From positions 32,001-96,000 of IMG/VR virus record IMGVR_UViG_3300032315_001401: a stretch of 64,000 bases of DNA; one strand, 5' to 3'. Under the pieces are notes generated by a model. That model ran no database searches and was not told the origin of the DNA. It saw only the letters and a list, made by a program, of their open reading frames with translations. Within the stretch, counting starts at the first letter, position 1; each line of letters starts with the position of its first letter. Both the position numbers and the translations under genes were made by a program. Shown piece after piece: positions 15,112 to 24,142 of the stretch. Source of the stretch: a virus.

Positions 15112-15482
15112 TAGATTGTTTGCAAATGTGCCAGACACTCTTCATCTTCTTTAATATTATGCATCTGCGTTTTGGGATATTCCGGAAACCGATTCAAAAA
15201 TAAAAGAAAACTTTTTATCGCTGGCCAAAGGTCACTATCTAAATTATAAAATAGTAATGGTACAGCAGCGTCATTAAAGACATTAAAAAGTATTGTCAAG
15301 TGATTCAAAATAAGGTGAGTTCTTAGCTCACCTGTATTTTTATATTTTTTCAATAACCTTTTTACATATCGTATTCGTTTCAAATCAGATTGAAAATCCT
15401 CCATCGTGAGTGCTTGAGGATTATCATAGAATTTTATAGCAAATAACAGATAGTTATCCTCATTCAACTCATCAAATCTCAT
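15111..15482 (-). CDS. conserved T4-like phage hypothetical protein
   Basis: FDELNEDNYLLFAIKFYDNP...LILNHLTILFNVF. Confidence 0.8.
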   Translation of the reverse strand: MRFDELNEDNYLLFAIKFYDNPQALTMEDFQSDLKRIRYVKRLLKKYKNTGELRTHLILNHLTILFNVFNDAAVPLLFYNLDSDLWPAIKSFLLFLNRFPEYPKTQMHNIKEDEECLAHLQTI

Positions 15483-15490
15483 ACTATATT

Positions 15491-16516
15491 TTATCTAACG
15501 GTTAACGTAGTAGTACCGAGACCAACTGAACCTGTAGTTCCTGCACCACCGACATTACGAAGAAGAACATCTCCGAATTGTGAAGTGAATGAACTGATTA
15601 CGCCAACACCGTTTGAACCATCGGTAATAACACCAACAAACCCACGAGATAAATCAATTTTGAGTTTTGTTGCATTTGTACGGGTACTAAATGTGGCAGC
15701 AGTACCTGCTATAATTGTTGACCCAATTGTACTTGCAGACCCAATCTGAATAAAAGTATTTCCAACTGCAACTACAGGAACATTTGTGAGTTTTCCAGTA
15801 ATTGTCAATGAACTTCCGACAGAAACATTTGAAACAGAATCAACGAAAATATTAGTTCCGCCAATTGCAACGGTTTGACCAGAGGTTGTTTGAGTGGTTA
15901 GAAAATTGACATTTGCAGTCAGGACAGTGCTTGGTGAAGTGAATGCAAATGCTACTCTGTTGGTAATCTGACCGTTGAAATTTGCATATACATCTGGAGA
16001 ACCGTGAGCAACTGCTGTACCTGACCAAGCATATTGAGTTCCGCCATTTGATACTGCAGTACCAACGATTGCTGTAGATTCGTTAGCATCATTTGCATCA
16101 AATGTACGAATACGAACCGTTGCTCCAGCACCAGCAAAAACAAGTTCATTAAACACAACATGAACATAACCAGTAGTATTTGTAGCAATACCAGTTGTTC
16201 CACCACCACCAACAGAAATTGGTGATGCTTGGTTAGGATCTTCAAAGAACACTGCAACTGGTCCGGCAGTTCCAATACCAATAGTTCCGCCAACATTAGT
16301 ACTATTAATCCCAGTAACAGGAACTAAAACTTCATCAAAATAACGAGTAGAAAGTCCAGAATTTTCTTTAGTTTTATATCTTCTTTGAATCCAACCACGA
16401 ACATCTGCGAAAGTATTCCAAGGACTCCTATTACGATCCGTTTCTTTTTGAAATTTTGGAATAGCGTAATTATTTGCTGCGGTTTCGCTAGTTGATGAAA
16501 TGCCCCAAAGAGCCAT
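15491..16516 (-). CDS. putative virion structural protein (G/T/V-rich)
   Basis: Beta-rich composition; TATAAATA at 16547-16554. Confidence 0.7.
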   Translation of the reverse strand: MALWGISSTSETAANNYAIPKFQKETDRNRSPWNTFADVRGWIQRRYKTKENSGLSTRYFDEVLVPVTGINSTNVGGTIGIGTAGPVAVFFEDPNQASPISVGGGGTTGIATNTTGYVHVVFNELVFAGAGATVRIRTFDANDANESTAIVGTAVSNGGTQYAWSGTAVAHGSPDVYANFNGQITNRVAFAFTSPSTVLTANVNFLTTQTTSGQTVAIGGTNIFVDSVSNVSVGSSLTITGKLTNVPVVAVGNTFIQIGSASTIGSTIIAGTAATFSTRTNATKLKIDLSRGFVGVITDGSNGVGVISSFTSQFGDVLLRNVGGAGTTGSVGLGTTTLTVR

Positions 16517-16605
16517 GTTTCTTACCTATAGTTCTTTTTCTAGTAATATTTATAAAAAAAGGAGACCTTTACTTTATAGGTCTCCTTAACATTTTTGATT
16601 AACTC

Positions 16606-16785
16606 TCAAGGAGTAATATCTTTTGCACCTTTTGCTTTAAGAGCATTTTGTGCCTGAATAAGAATGAGTGAAAGAATACCGTTTGCTTTGATTTTTGGGT
16701 TTGCTCCAAGTGCTTCCGAAACTGCAAAAAGAACAGTTGCGATAAGTGCTTGATTAGCAAATGCCCATGCGATTAATGCTGACAT
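16606..16785 (-). CDS. small membrane protein (59 aa), holin-like
   Basis: MSALIAWAFANQALIATVLFAVSEALG...; absent from the ORF track. Confidence 0.55.
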   Translation of the reverse strand: MSALIAWAFANQALIATVLFAVSEALGANPKIKANGILSLILIQAQNALKAKGAKDITP

Positions 16786-16828
16786 AATAACCTCGTGTGA
16801 ATGAAACCTGGATTATTTAGGATTTAAT

Positions 16829-18337
16829 TTAATCAGATTCGCCTGCTCTTGGTTTGTACATATCCTGTGATCTTTGAGCAGCAGCGGATTGTTGTGCTTT
16901 TTTCTTGGCAAGTCTATCGGCAGTTGTCTGTTCCGATCTTTTAGGACGGTCACGTTCCGAAACACCTCTTTCACCTTCATGTTGAGCAACAGTTTTTCCA
17001 CTTCTAGTCATCAATCCCTGACGGGCATTTGGCATTGACCTTAACATTTCTATGGCACGATCACGGGGTTTTCTTGGAGTGCCTTTTTCTTCACGTCTTC
17101 TTTCGTCAAGAATTTCAGTTTCTTCTGTCGAAACCATCACAATAGGATTCTTGGCACCCATCGCTCTTGCATAATTTTTAGCAAGATTAACTGCGGTTGG
17201 AAGAGATCTAGGATCCTTTTCTTCCATTTCCTTTTTTGCTTTCTTATCTGTTTCTTCCTTCATAGGAGTTTTCTTTTCAGGAAGACCTTTATGAGAAGTT
17301 GTAGCAAACTTCTTAGCTTCCTTTTTACTCATTCCAGAAGCTGCCTTTGCCACCTCTGGAGACGCTGGCATTTCACCTTTCTTTGCAGCATAAACCATTC
17401 CCATAAACTTTTGTTGCGCTTTGCTTACTGCTTTCTCCACAACAAAAGATCCTTCCATATCATAATGTGCTAATTGCATACCATAATTAGATTTTCCACT
17501 GGTTGATCCAGGAGCTTCGGGATTAACCTTTACTTTATTTTTCCCCTTCATTACATCAATCTTTTCTGCGTTTGCATCGGGGTTGGATGATTCATCATTA
17601 GCATCAGTAAGAAACTCTTCCTTTACACTGGAAGTATCTTGACCGTCTGGTTTTCCGCCCGTTTTACGCTGGATGGCATTATGAACTGCACCGCGATATT
17701 CTTTAGCGCCAGATTCAACTTTACCATCACCATCATAATCTTTTCCTGCCTTTGCTGCTGCAGTCTGCTCACCTTTCTTCTTTTCGCCCTCATAAGGTTC
17801 ACCATAACCAGTCATTTCAACTGATTCAATGTTTGAATTTGCACGAAGTTCACTAATCTTTTGGCGGTCTGCATATCTCACATAAGAGCGACCATCTTTT
17901 CCAGTGACTCTAACCTTATATTTCTTATGCTCGGATGTTTCTAACTTCTCCATATAAGTTAGACGAATTGGTTCTTCTTCTTTTTGAACCCCTTCTACAA
18001 ATACTTTAAAGAGTGCATTTGCCACACTAGAAGATGCCAAATCCTCAATATTAAAATCTTCTGCTTGAATTCCACCCTTTCCAAAAAGTTTTTGCTTTAC
18101 CATTGTTTTTTCCTGCTGACTCATGCTGCTATTTTGCATATATTGCGAATATGCCTGGCGAAGAGGAAGTTCTTCTCTTCTAGCTCTATATCGTATATCA
18201 TAAATTGCTTGCTTGGCTCTCTTTTCTGGAGTTTTACCACCCTCCTTCTTATCTCCCCCACCACCTTTCCCTGATGAAGGTGCCTCAGCAGGTGCGTGCT
18301 TTCTTGCTGGAAGCTCTTCAGCAATATGTTTTTTCAT
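16829..18337 (-). CDS. large modular Lys/Glu-rich protein with DUF3008-like module
   Basis: AVSKAQQKFMGMV...KKFATTSHKGLPEK; DYDGDGKVE motif. Confidence 0.8.
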   Translation of the reverse strand: MKKHIAEELPARKHAPAEAPSSGKGGGGDKKEGGKTPEKRAKQAIYDIRYRARREELPLRQAYSQYMQNSSMSQQEKTMVKQKLFGKGGIQAEDFNIEDLASSSVANALFKVFVEGVQKEEEPIRLTYMEKLETSEHKKYKVRVTGKDGRSYVRYADRQKISELRANSNIESVEMTGYGEPYEGEKKKGEQTAAAKAGKDYDGDGKVESGAKEYRGAVHNAIQRKTGGKPDGQDTSSVKEEFLTDANDESSNPDANAEKIDVMKGKNKVKVNPEAPGSTSGKSNYGMQLAHYDMEGSFVVEKAVSKAQQKFMGMVYAAKKGEMPASPEVAKAASGMSKKEAKKFATTSHKGLPEKKTPMKEETDKKAKKEMEEKDPRSLPTAVNLAKNYARAMGAKNPIVMVSTEETEILDERRREEKGTPRKPRDRAIEMLRSMPNARQGLMTRSGKTVAQHEGERGVSERDRPKRSEQTTADRLAKKKAQQSAAAQRSQDMYKPRAGESD

Positions 18338-18346
18338 GAGAAAACT

Positions 18347-19660
18347 TTACTTCTTATTTTTTCTATACTTATTTATGAAATCAAGACCGTATGCTCTCCC
18401 ACCCGGTTGAAGATTTTCCTTTCCGGTGCCAATTGCTCCCGGAGTTTGTTTTGCAGCATACTTAAAGTATCCCAAAGTGCCAACTAAAGTATTTGGTTTT
18501 CCCGGTTGACGATATTCTTTATCCATCTTAACTTCAGTATATTCGCGCAAGTCTTTAATCCAAGATTTAAACATTTGACCAGATTCTGTGACACAAATCA
18601 AATAATTAGTGCCCCTGCGAATAATACGACCTACTAATCCAGTATTTAAATTTTCAACAACTTCACCAATTCTAAAAATAGTCTCTGTAATATAATTTTC
18701 ACGAAGGGATTGAAAATCAAGTTTTGGTGCAATCTCCCAAATATCCCAACCTTCCTTCACATTCATCGCACCACGAAGAATATTGAATAATTCCTTCGCT
18801 TCTGCTGGTTTGACTTCTGGAGGAAGACCTGAACGGAAAGTTTTAAAATCTCCTTCTGCAGCAGCAAGTCTCATTCTTGATGCAGACATACCCTCAACAC
18901 CCTTTGCATCAGGGTCTCTATCACCTGCGGAAACTACTTCTATATTATCAAAGTTATAAAGTTGCCCATTATACTGGGTGGAAAGTTTTTCAAATTCCTT
19001 AACTCTATCAGCACCACCAATAATTCTTACACCAGCATATCCATTATTATGTGCCATTTTTAAGACATCAAAAATTGTCTTTGTATTGGCATCATTGACT
19101 ATATTTCCTGCGTGCTGTGGATAAAACTTCTGCATATAAGCAATTTTTGTGTCCGGATCAAGAGGATTCTTTTTCTTATCCTGACTTCTTGATGGGAAAA
19201 TTAAATACTCACCACCATCTTCTTGTGCCGCAGATTGTGCTGCAACATCCATTAATTGTTGGTGTCCAATTGTAGGAGGATTAAAACGACCAAATGCAAT
19301 TGTCAAAGTGCCTTTGGTTTTTGGAACTGGAAGATATCGTGCCGGTGGTTGCTCTTGTGCCGCTGCTTGCTGCTCTGGTGCTGGAGGTTGCTCTGTAGGT
19401 GCCTGTTGTTGGGCAGTTTGTTGAGCGGTTGCTGGATCTTGATATCCGGGAGAGGCGATTGTTTTTTCCTTTTCTGTTTGCTTTGGATCTTTTCCAACTC
19501 GTTGACGCTTATTATAAAACTTGAGTTTGCCACCTTCTGTTTTTGCAACAAACTCACCTTGACGATCATACCAACCGCCGTGACCGTCTCCAACAAGACC
19601 AAGACGCTGTGCTTGCTGTGAGGCAGATGCTTCTGTTATGAATTGGAAAAAACTTTTCAT
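18347..19660 (-). CDS. cytidylyltransferase-family nucleotidyltransferase
   Basis: FGRFNPPTIGH (HxGH-like), GADRV, SASRMR. Confidence 0.88.
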   Translation of the reverse strand: MKSFFQFITEASASQQAQRLGLVGDGHGGWYDRQGEFVAKTEGGKLKFYNKRQRVGKDPKQTEKEKTIASPGYQDPATAQQTAQQQAPTEQPPAPEQQAAAQEQPPARYLPVPKTKGTLTIAFGRFNPPTIGHQQLMDVAAQSAAQEDGGEYLIFPSRSQDKKKNPLDPDTKIAYMQKFYPQHAGNIVNDANTKTIFDVLKMAHNNGYAGVRIIGGADRVKEFEKLSTQYNGQLYNFDNIEVVSAGDRDPDAKGVEGMSASRMRLAAAEGDFKTFRSGLPPEVKPAEAKELFNILRGAMNVKEGWDIWEIAPKLDFQSLRENYITETIFRIGEVVENLNTGLVGRIIRRGTNYLICVTESGQMFKSWIKDLREYTEVKMDKEYRQPGKPNTLVGTLGYFKYAAKQTPGAIGTGKENLQPGGRAYGLDFINKYRKNKK

Positions 19661-19709
19661 TACTTACTTTGAATTATGTATCCAGTTACTCTAATATTAT
19701 GTATTTATT

Positions 19710-20636
19710 CTAGACATATCTTTGTATTGTTCTTCCACCAATTGGTTGAATAACCACTCTGGCATTTTTAATTCTATGATCATCCCTATCACCCTTATAA
19801 ACTGCTAGAAAGACTGGTTCATAAGATCCAGCAATTCTATCACCATTATTCAATTTATGACCACTACAAGTTAATTCATAATATGTTCCACGATTACGAA
19901 TATCTAATATTCCTTGCATTGTGGCATCAACATTATTTTCTCCCATCACGCCAGTTCCATATCCACTCCCATATACCGACATTTTTTGGAGATTTTGATC
20001 CTGCATTCTTCTACCAACAGTTGTTGCTGGAGGAATGCCATTAGGAAACATATCTTGCAACGTAGATATAAATGCTTGTGTTTCCGGATGTGCATATATC
20101 AATGGTTCAGATCTTTGCGATGTCCCGGACCATTGTTGAAATGCTCTAGCACCATCACCAGCTTTATGAGATACATGCCCAACATATCCAGAAACTCCTC
20201 TAAAATGGAAATCACATTTAGGAGTTCCGGGCGTACTTTCGCAAAGTCCAACATCATAAATTGTCTTTCCTACTTTTAATCTAATAAAATCTTTACCTAA
20301 TTTATCAAAAATTCGAGTAAGTTGTTGATTAATACGGATAACTTGAGCATCTTCTTGAGCAGTTGTTGCTTGAGTTCTTCCAGAAAATTCAGAGTCTTTA
20401 TAAATTTCAGTTAGTCTAACTGATTGACCTGTAGAAGTTGGCAAAACAATAGATGGACCAACTTTAAATTTATTAAAATGGATAATAGAGGTCAACTGTT
20501 TTAAAATAGATTTATCTAGTTTAACTTTTGCACCGTTTGACTCATTTAGAGTAAACTCTTTTCCAGTCCTAATTCTGTTTAAAAAAATATTAAAATTATT
20601 CCTCTTTGCAAGATGTTGCGGATTAAGAGTTGCCAT
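19710..20636 (-). CDS. hypothetical protein, possible PD-(D/E)XK nuclease
   Basis: GTPKCDFHF...VSHK motif spacing. Confidence 0.55.
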   Translation of the reverse strand: MATLNPQHLAKRNNFNIFLNRIRTGKEFTLNESNGAKVKLDKSILKQLTSIIHFNKFKVGPSIVLPTSTGQSVRLTEIYKDSEFSGRTQATTAQEDAQVIRINQQLTRIFDKLGKDFIRLKVGKTIYDVGLCESTPGTPKCDFHFRGVSGYVGHVSHKAGDGARAFQQWSGTSQRSEPLIYAHPETQAFISTLQDMFPNGIPPATTVGRRMQDQNLQKMSVYGSGYGTGVMGENNVDATMQGILDIRNRGTYYELTCSGHKLNNGDRIAGSYEPVFLAVYKGDRDDHRIKNARVVIQPIGGRTIQRYV

Positions 20637-20655
20637 TTTTATTTTTATTTAGAAA

Positions 20656-20728
20656 TGCCCGTGAGAAGATTCGAACTTCCACTGTATGGATTCTAAGTCC
20701 ACCCTCTCTACCATTGGAGTACACGGGC
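20656..20728 (-). tRNA. tRNA-Leu(UAG), short variable region
   Basis: Stem gtgga/tccat, loop CT TAG AA. Confidence 0.87.
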
Positions 20729-20733
20729 ATAAA

Positions 20734-20804
20734 TGGAGAATAGGAGAATCGAACTCCTAATAAGTGCTTGCAAAGCACCCGTTATACCGTTTAACTAATT
20801 CCCC
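20734..20804 (-). tRNA. tRNA-Ala(UGC), second copy
   Basis: 69/71 identical to 442-512. Confidence 0.92.
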
Positions 20805-20819
20805 AGTAAAACCATTATA

Positions 20820-21218
20820 TCACCGAAGTGGCATAAGGTCAAATAGTTCTGGATGAAGTCTTCCATACTTCCTCATAATTTCACCCGCTTTAGCATTTGC
20901 CTCATTTTCAGCAGGACTTCCCGGATGTGATGTAATTTTTTTACCATCCACCACTTGCTTATAATGTATAAACTCGTGAGATACGGTCCTTAAAATATCA
21001 ATGGGATGACGATTAACAATGCTAATATAGAGAATGTTTTTCTTCATCATCCCAAATGTCATATTATCTTTGGCAAAGTCAGAATCGTCTATTAAAACAT
21101 ATGGAATATCATATGTCAAACGAAGTTCTCTTTTAAGGAAGACTAAAAATGTTTTAAGAAGAGCATCAAACTGCATTCTTGTAGTTGGTCTTCCTTTTCT
21201 TTTGCCAATCAAAGACAT
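20820..21218 (-). CDS. zincin-like metallopeptidase domain protein
   Basis: LRTVSHEFIHYKQ...ENEANAKAG. Confidence 0.7.
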   Translation of the reverse strand: MSLIGKRKGRPTTRMQFDALLKTFLVFLKRELRLTYDIPYVLIDDSDFAKDNMTFGMMKKNILYISIVNRHPIDILRTVSHEFIHYKQVVDGKKITSHPGSPAENEANAKAGEIMRKYGRLHPELFDLMPLR

Positions 21219-21233
21219 TTTTTAAAATATTTA

Positions 21234-21650
21234 TTATCGGTCATCGGCAGCACGGTTTTCAGAAAAATAAACATCGAACGCACCTTCAGGATAACGCTTG
21301 AGAAGTTTCTGCACATTGCGAGCAACAACTTCATCAAGAGTGATATCAAGTGCAATACATGCTTGAGCAACGTACCACATAATATCACCCAGTTCAATAA
21401 TTAGGTGCTCACGATTGTCCTCATTATATGGTTTGCCTTGAAAGATCATTTTTTTAACAATCTCAAGGAATTCTCCGCCTTCGGCATTAATTCCAACACC
21501 GGCAGTAAGAAGTCGTTCAATATTAGCACCCTTTTCATCCAATTGAACCAGACGATCGGAGAGAGCAAGAAAATCTTTAGATGCATCAGAAGTGACTACA
21601 TCCACAAACTCAGCGTACTTATCAAAATTAACGTGTTTTGCGTTTTCCAT
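21234..21650 (-). CDS. mazG: MazG nucleotide pyrophosphohydrolase
   Basis: AEGGEFLEIVKK...IELGDIMWY...N..KL..RYP. Confidence 0.92.
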   Translation of the reverse strand: MENAKHVNFDKYAEFVDVVTSDASKDFLALSDRLVQLDEKGANIERLLTAGVGINAEGGEFLEIVKKMIFQGKPYNEDNREHLIIELGDIMWYVAQACIALDITLDEVVARNVQKLLKRYPEGAFDVYFSENRAADDR

Positions 21651-23029
21651 TAAAATTTAAATCCTTCAAATGATTTTTTAGGTTTTTTGTCTTCATTATC
21701 ATTATACTCGTCTTCGTTTCCGGAGTCAAGTATGTCTTTTTGTGCTGTTTGTTCGCAGTCATAAAGACGCATTTTAGCACGATCAATTCCTACAATAAAT
21801 CTTTTATAAACTGTAGGGTCATTATATCTATTTTTAAGTTGTTTCACCATAATCTGCCCCAACCCCTCCAACTCTTCTGTACTAATAAGGGCAAACATAA
21901 GATCAGCAGTAGCAGGAAGACCAAAGGACTCACTAGTATCAGTAAGTTCAACATCAGAAGAACCAAAACCTGAACGAGTGGTCTGAGTGGCGGATACAAT
22001 TGGGACATTAAACTCAACGGCGAGTCCGCGCAATTCCTCAGCAATTGACTTGATATACGAATAAGAATTGATAGAGCTGTTTGCCTTATGCCTAGAGGAA
22101 GCACAAATATTAAGGTAGTCAATGAAAATAATATCAGGTCTAAATGATTTCTTGAGAGCAAGTTCATTGAGAAGTGCCTTGAAATGTCCTGAATGTGCCG
22201 AAGCAGTCGGATACTCTTTAATTATAAGAGTTCCTTGAGTTTTTTTGGAAAGACTCGTCACTTTATTCTCAAACATCTGACGAGGAAGATCTACCAGTTG
22301 CTGAATTGGGACATTTAATAAGTTTGCATCAATTCTTTCAGCAATGCGTTCTTCTGCCATTTCCATCGTAATGTACAAAACGTTCCGTCCTTGGAGCAAG
22401 ACGGAGCTAGCCACATGGCACATGAATAAAGATTTCCCGACACCCGTACCAGCAAGAGCGATATTAAGAGTTTTGTTAGGGATCCCACCTTTGGTAATTT
22501 TGTTAAAATATTCAAGATCAAATTCAATCCGGTCTTCTTTTCTGTGATAAAACTCATATCGTTCTTCATAATTTTGTAGGTAATCGTGCCCAATATTATT
22601 GTCAAAAGATACTGCCAATGCATCAGAAAGAATACTAGGAATAGCGTCCCTATTCTTTTTTTCATTATTTCCATCGGCAATATGAATTGACTCCATAAGT
22701 GCCAGATAAATCGCACGGTCACGACACCACTTTTCAGTGGTATCAAGTAACCATTGTTTTTCTACAGGAGCATCATTTAGAGATTTATTAATTTCTCTTA
22801 CTTCTTTTATCTGTTCTTCTGTTAAGTCTGTGCGATTTTCTATTTCAATGCTGAGTGCTTCAATGGTGATTGCTGAACCATACTTAACAATAAATTGGAC
22901 AACCTCTTCAAAAATGACCTTTTCGGTCTTTTTCTCAAAATAATCTGGTTGTATGAAAGGAATAACTTTGCGTGAGTAGTCTTCATTGAATACTAGATTT
23001 CTGAGAATTGTGGTCTCAATTCGTTCCAT
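21650..23029 (-). CDS. gp41: replicative DNA helicase
   Basis: AGTGVGKS Walker A; IDYLNIC; SESFGLPATAD. Confidence 0.96.
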   Translation of the reverse strand: MERIETTILRNLVFNEDYSRKVIPFIQPDYFEKKTEKVIFEEVVQFIVKYGSAITIEALSIEIENRTDLTEEQIKEVREINKSLNDAPVEKQWLLDTTEKWCRDRAIYLALMESIHIADGNNEKKNRDAIPSILSDALAVSFDNNIGHDYLQNYEERYEFYHRKEDRIEFDLEYFNKITKGGIPNKTLNIALAGTGVGKSLFMCHVASSVLLQGRNVLYITMEMAEERIAERIDANLLNVPIQQLVDLPRQMFENKVTSLSKKTQGTLIIKEYPTASAHSGHFKALLNELALKKSFRPDIIFIDYLNICASSRHKANSSINSYSYIKSIAEELRGLAVEFNVPIVSATQTTRSGFGSSDVELTDTSESFGLPATADLMFALISTEELEGLGQIMVKQLKNRYNDPTVYKRFIVGIDRAKMRLYDCEQTAQKDILDSGNEDEYNDNEDKKPKKSFEGFKF

Positions 23030-24023
23030 AACTAAATTGTTTTCTTGCAATTTCATCAAGTGCCTGCATTACTTCCGGAGTGAAATACTTCTCAGGACTT
23101 TTCAATATTTCTTTTGCATAGAGTTTTTTACCATCCATTTCATAACGACCAGCAACATTCTTCCAAATTTCACCAAGTTCTCCAAGTTCAAGAAGACCAT
23201 AATATCTGTCAAGTCCTCTCTCATCATAATAGAGACGAACTTCAACATCTTGGTTTTCTTTACTTAATCGGGATTTGGCAGTTTTACACTTGATAATATT
23301 TCCAATGATTTCTGTACCATCCTTTTCCTTTTTCTTTGAAAGATGTATGATGGTAGAAGCAGCGTACTTAAGACCACTACCGCCACCCATTTCTTTTGTT
23401 GGAACATAGGCACCGATAACATCGTATGTGTGATTTGTCACAATCATTGGAATATTTGCTTGACCCAATTTCAAAGTAAGCATACGGAATGCACCTTTGA
23501 TAAGTTGAGATTTGGTCATATCTCTAGTCTCTTTATCATTTAGAGCATCATTAATCTCCTTACTCGTAGAAAGCATCCCCAAAGAGTCTAGTACAAACAT
23601 ACAAGGATTGCGCTCACCTTCAGGCTTTTTCATATACAAATCTACTGCCTTGAGTGCCTTTCCACGAAACTCTTCCACAGTAACGACATTAACAACCACA
23701 AGACGAGTAGTATCAATTCCGCGAGATTCTAAAAGAGATTTAGTGATAGCAGCCTCAGTGTCAAAGTAGAGACAGTAACCATTGGGATTAGAATTAAGAA
23801 AGTTCTTAACAACGGCGAGAGAGAAAAAAGTCTTTCCAGTAGAAGACTCTCCAGCAATAGCAGTAATCTTATTCCCAGAGACACCACCAAAAATGCTACC
23901 TGAAACCAGTGCATTAAAAATGTATGAACCCGTATCAACATAAGTTTCTTTTTCTTCAATATCAGAAGCAAGTTGCGTATAGTCGCCACCGATTTCTTTT
24001 ACAATATCTTTAAGAAAGTCCAT
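23016..24023 (-). CDS. uvsX: RecA-like recombinase
   Basis: GESSTGKT; DSLGML; MGGGSGLKYAAS. Confidence 0.96.
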   Translation of the reverse strand: MDFLKDIVKEIGGDYTQLASDIEEKETYVDTGSYIFNALVSGSIFGGVSGNKITAIAGESSTGKTFFSLAVVKNFLNSNPNGYCLYFDTEAAITKSLLESRGIDTTRLVVVNVVTVEEFRGKALKAVDLYMKKPEGERNPCMFVLDSLGMLSTSKEINDALNDKETRDMTKSQLIKGAFRMLTLKLGQANIPMIVTNHTYDVIGAYVPTKEMGGGSGLKYAASTIIHLSKKKEKDGTEIIGNIIKCKTAKSRLSKENQDVEVRLYYDERGLDRYYGLLELGELGEIWKNVAGRYEMDGKKLYAKEILKSPEKYFTPEVMQALDEIARKQFSYGTN

Positions 24024-24025
24024 AG

Positions 24026-24142
24026 TTATTTGTTCCTGTTAAAATTAAAGGTCCACAATTTATTATACAACTGCTTTTCATCAGTTCTTTTAAGTAATTC
24101 TAGAATTTTTTTAAATTCTAGTTCAGTAATCGGTAAATTCAT
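24026..24142 (-). CDS. small hypothetical protein (38 aa)
   Basis: MNLPITELEFKKILELLK...; fills the gp43-uvsX gap with coupled start/stop. Confidence 0.5.
   Translation of the reverse strand: MNLPITELEFKKILELLKRTDEKQLYNKLWTFNFNRNK

Noticed and set aside
20656-20728. tRNA with TAG in the anticodon loop as an amber suppressor or sign of genetic recoding
   Set aside because: Anticodon UAG reads CUA (Leu); a suppressor would have CUA. Core genes translate intact with the standard code.
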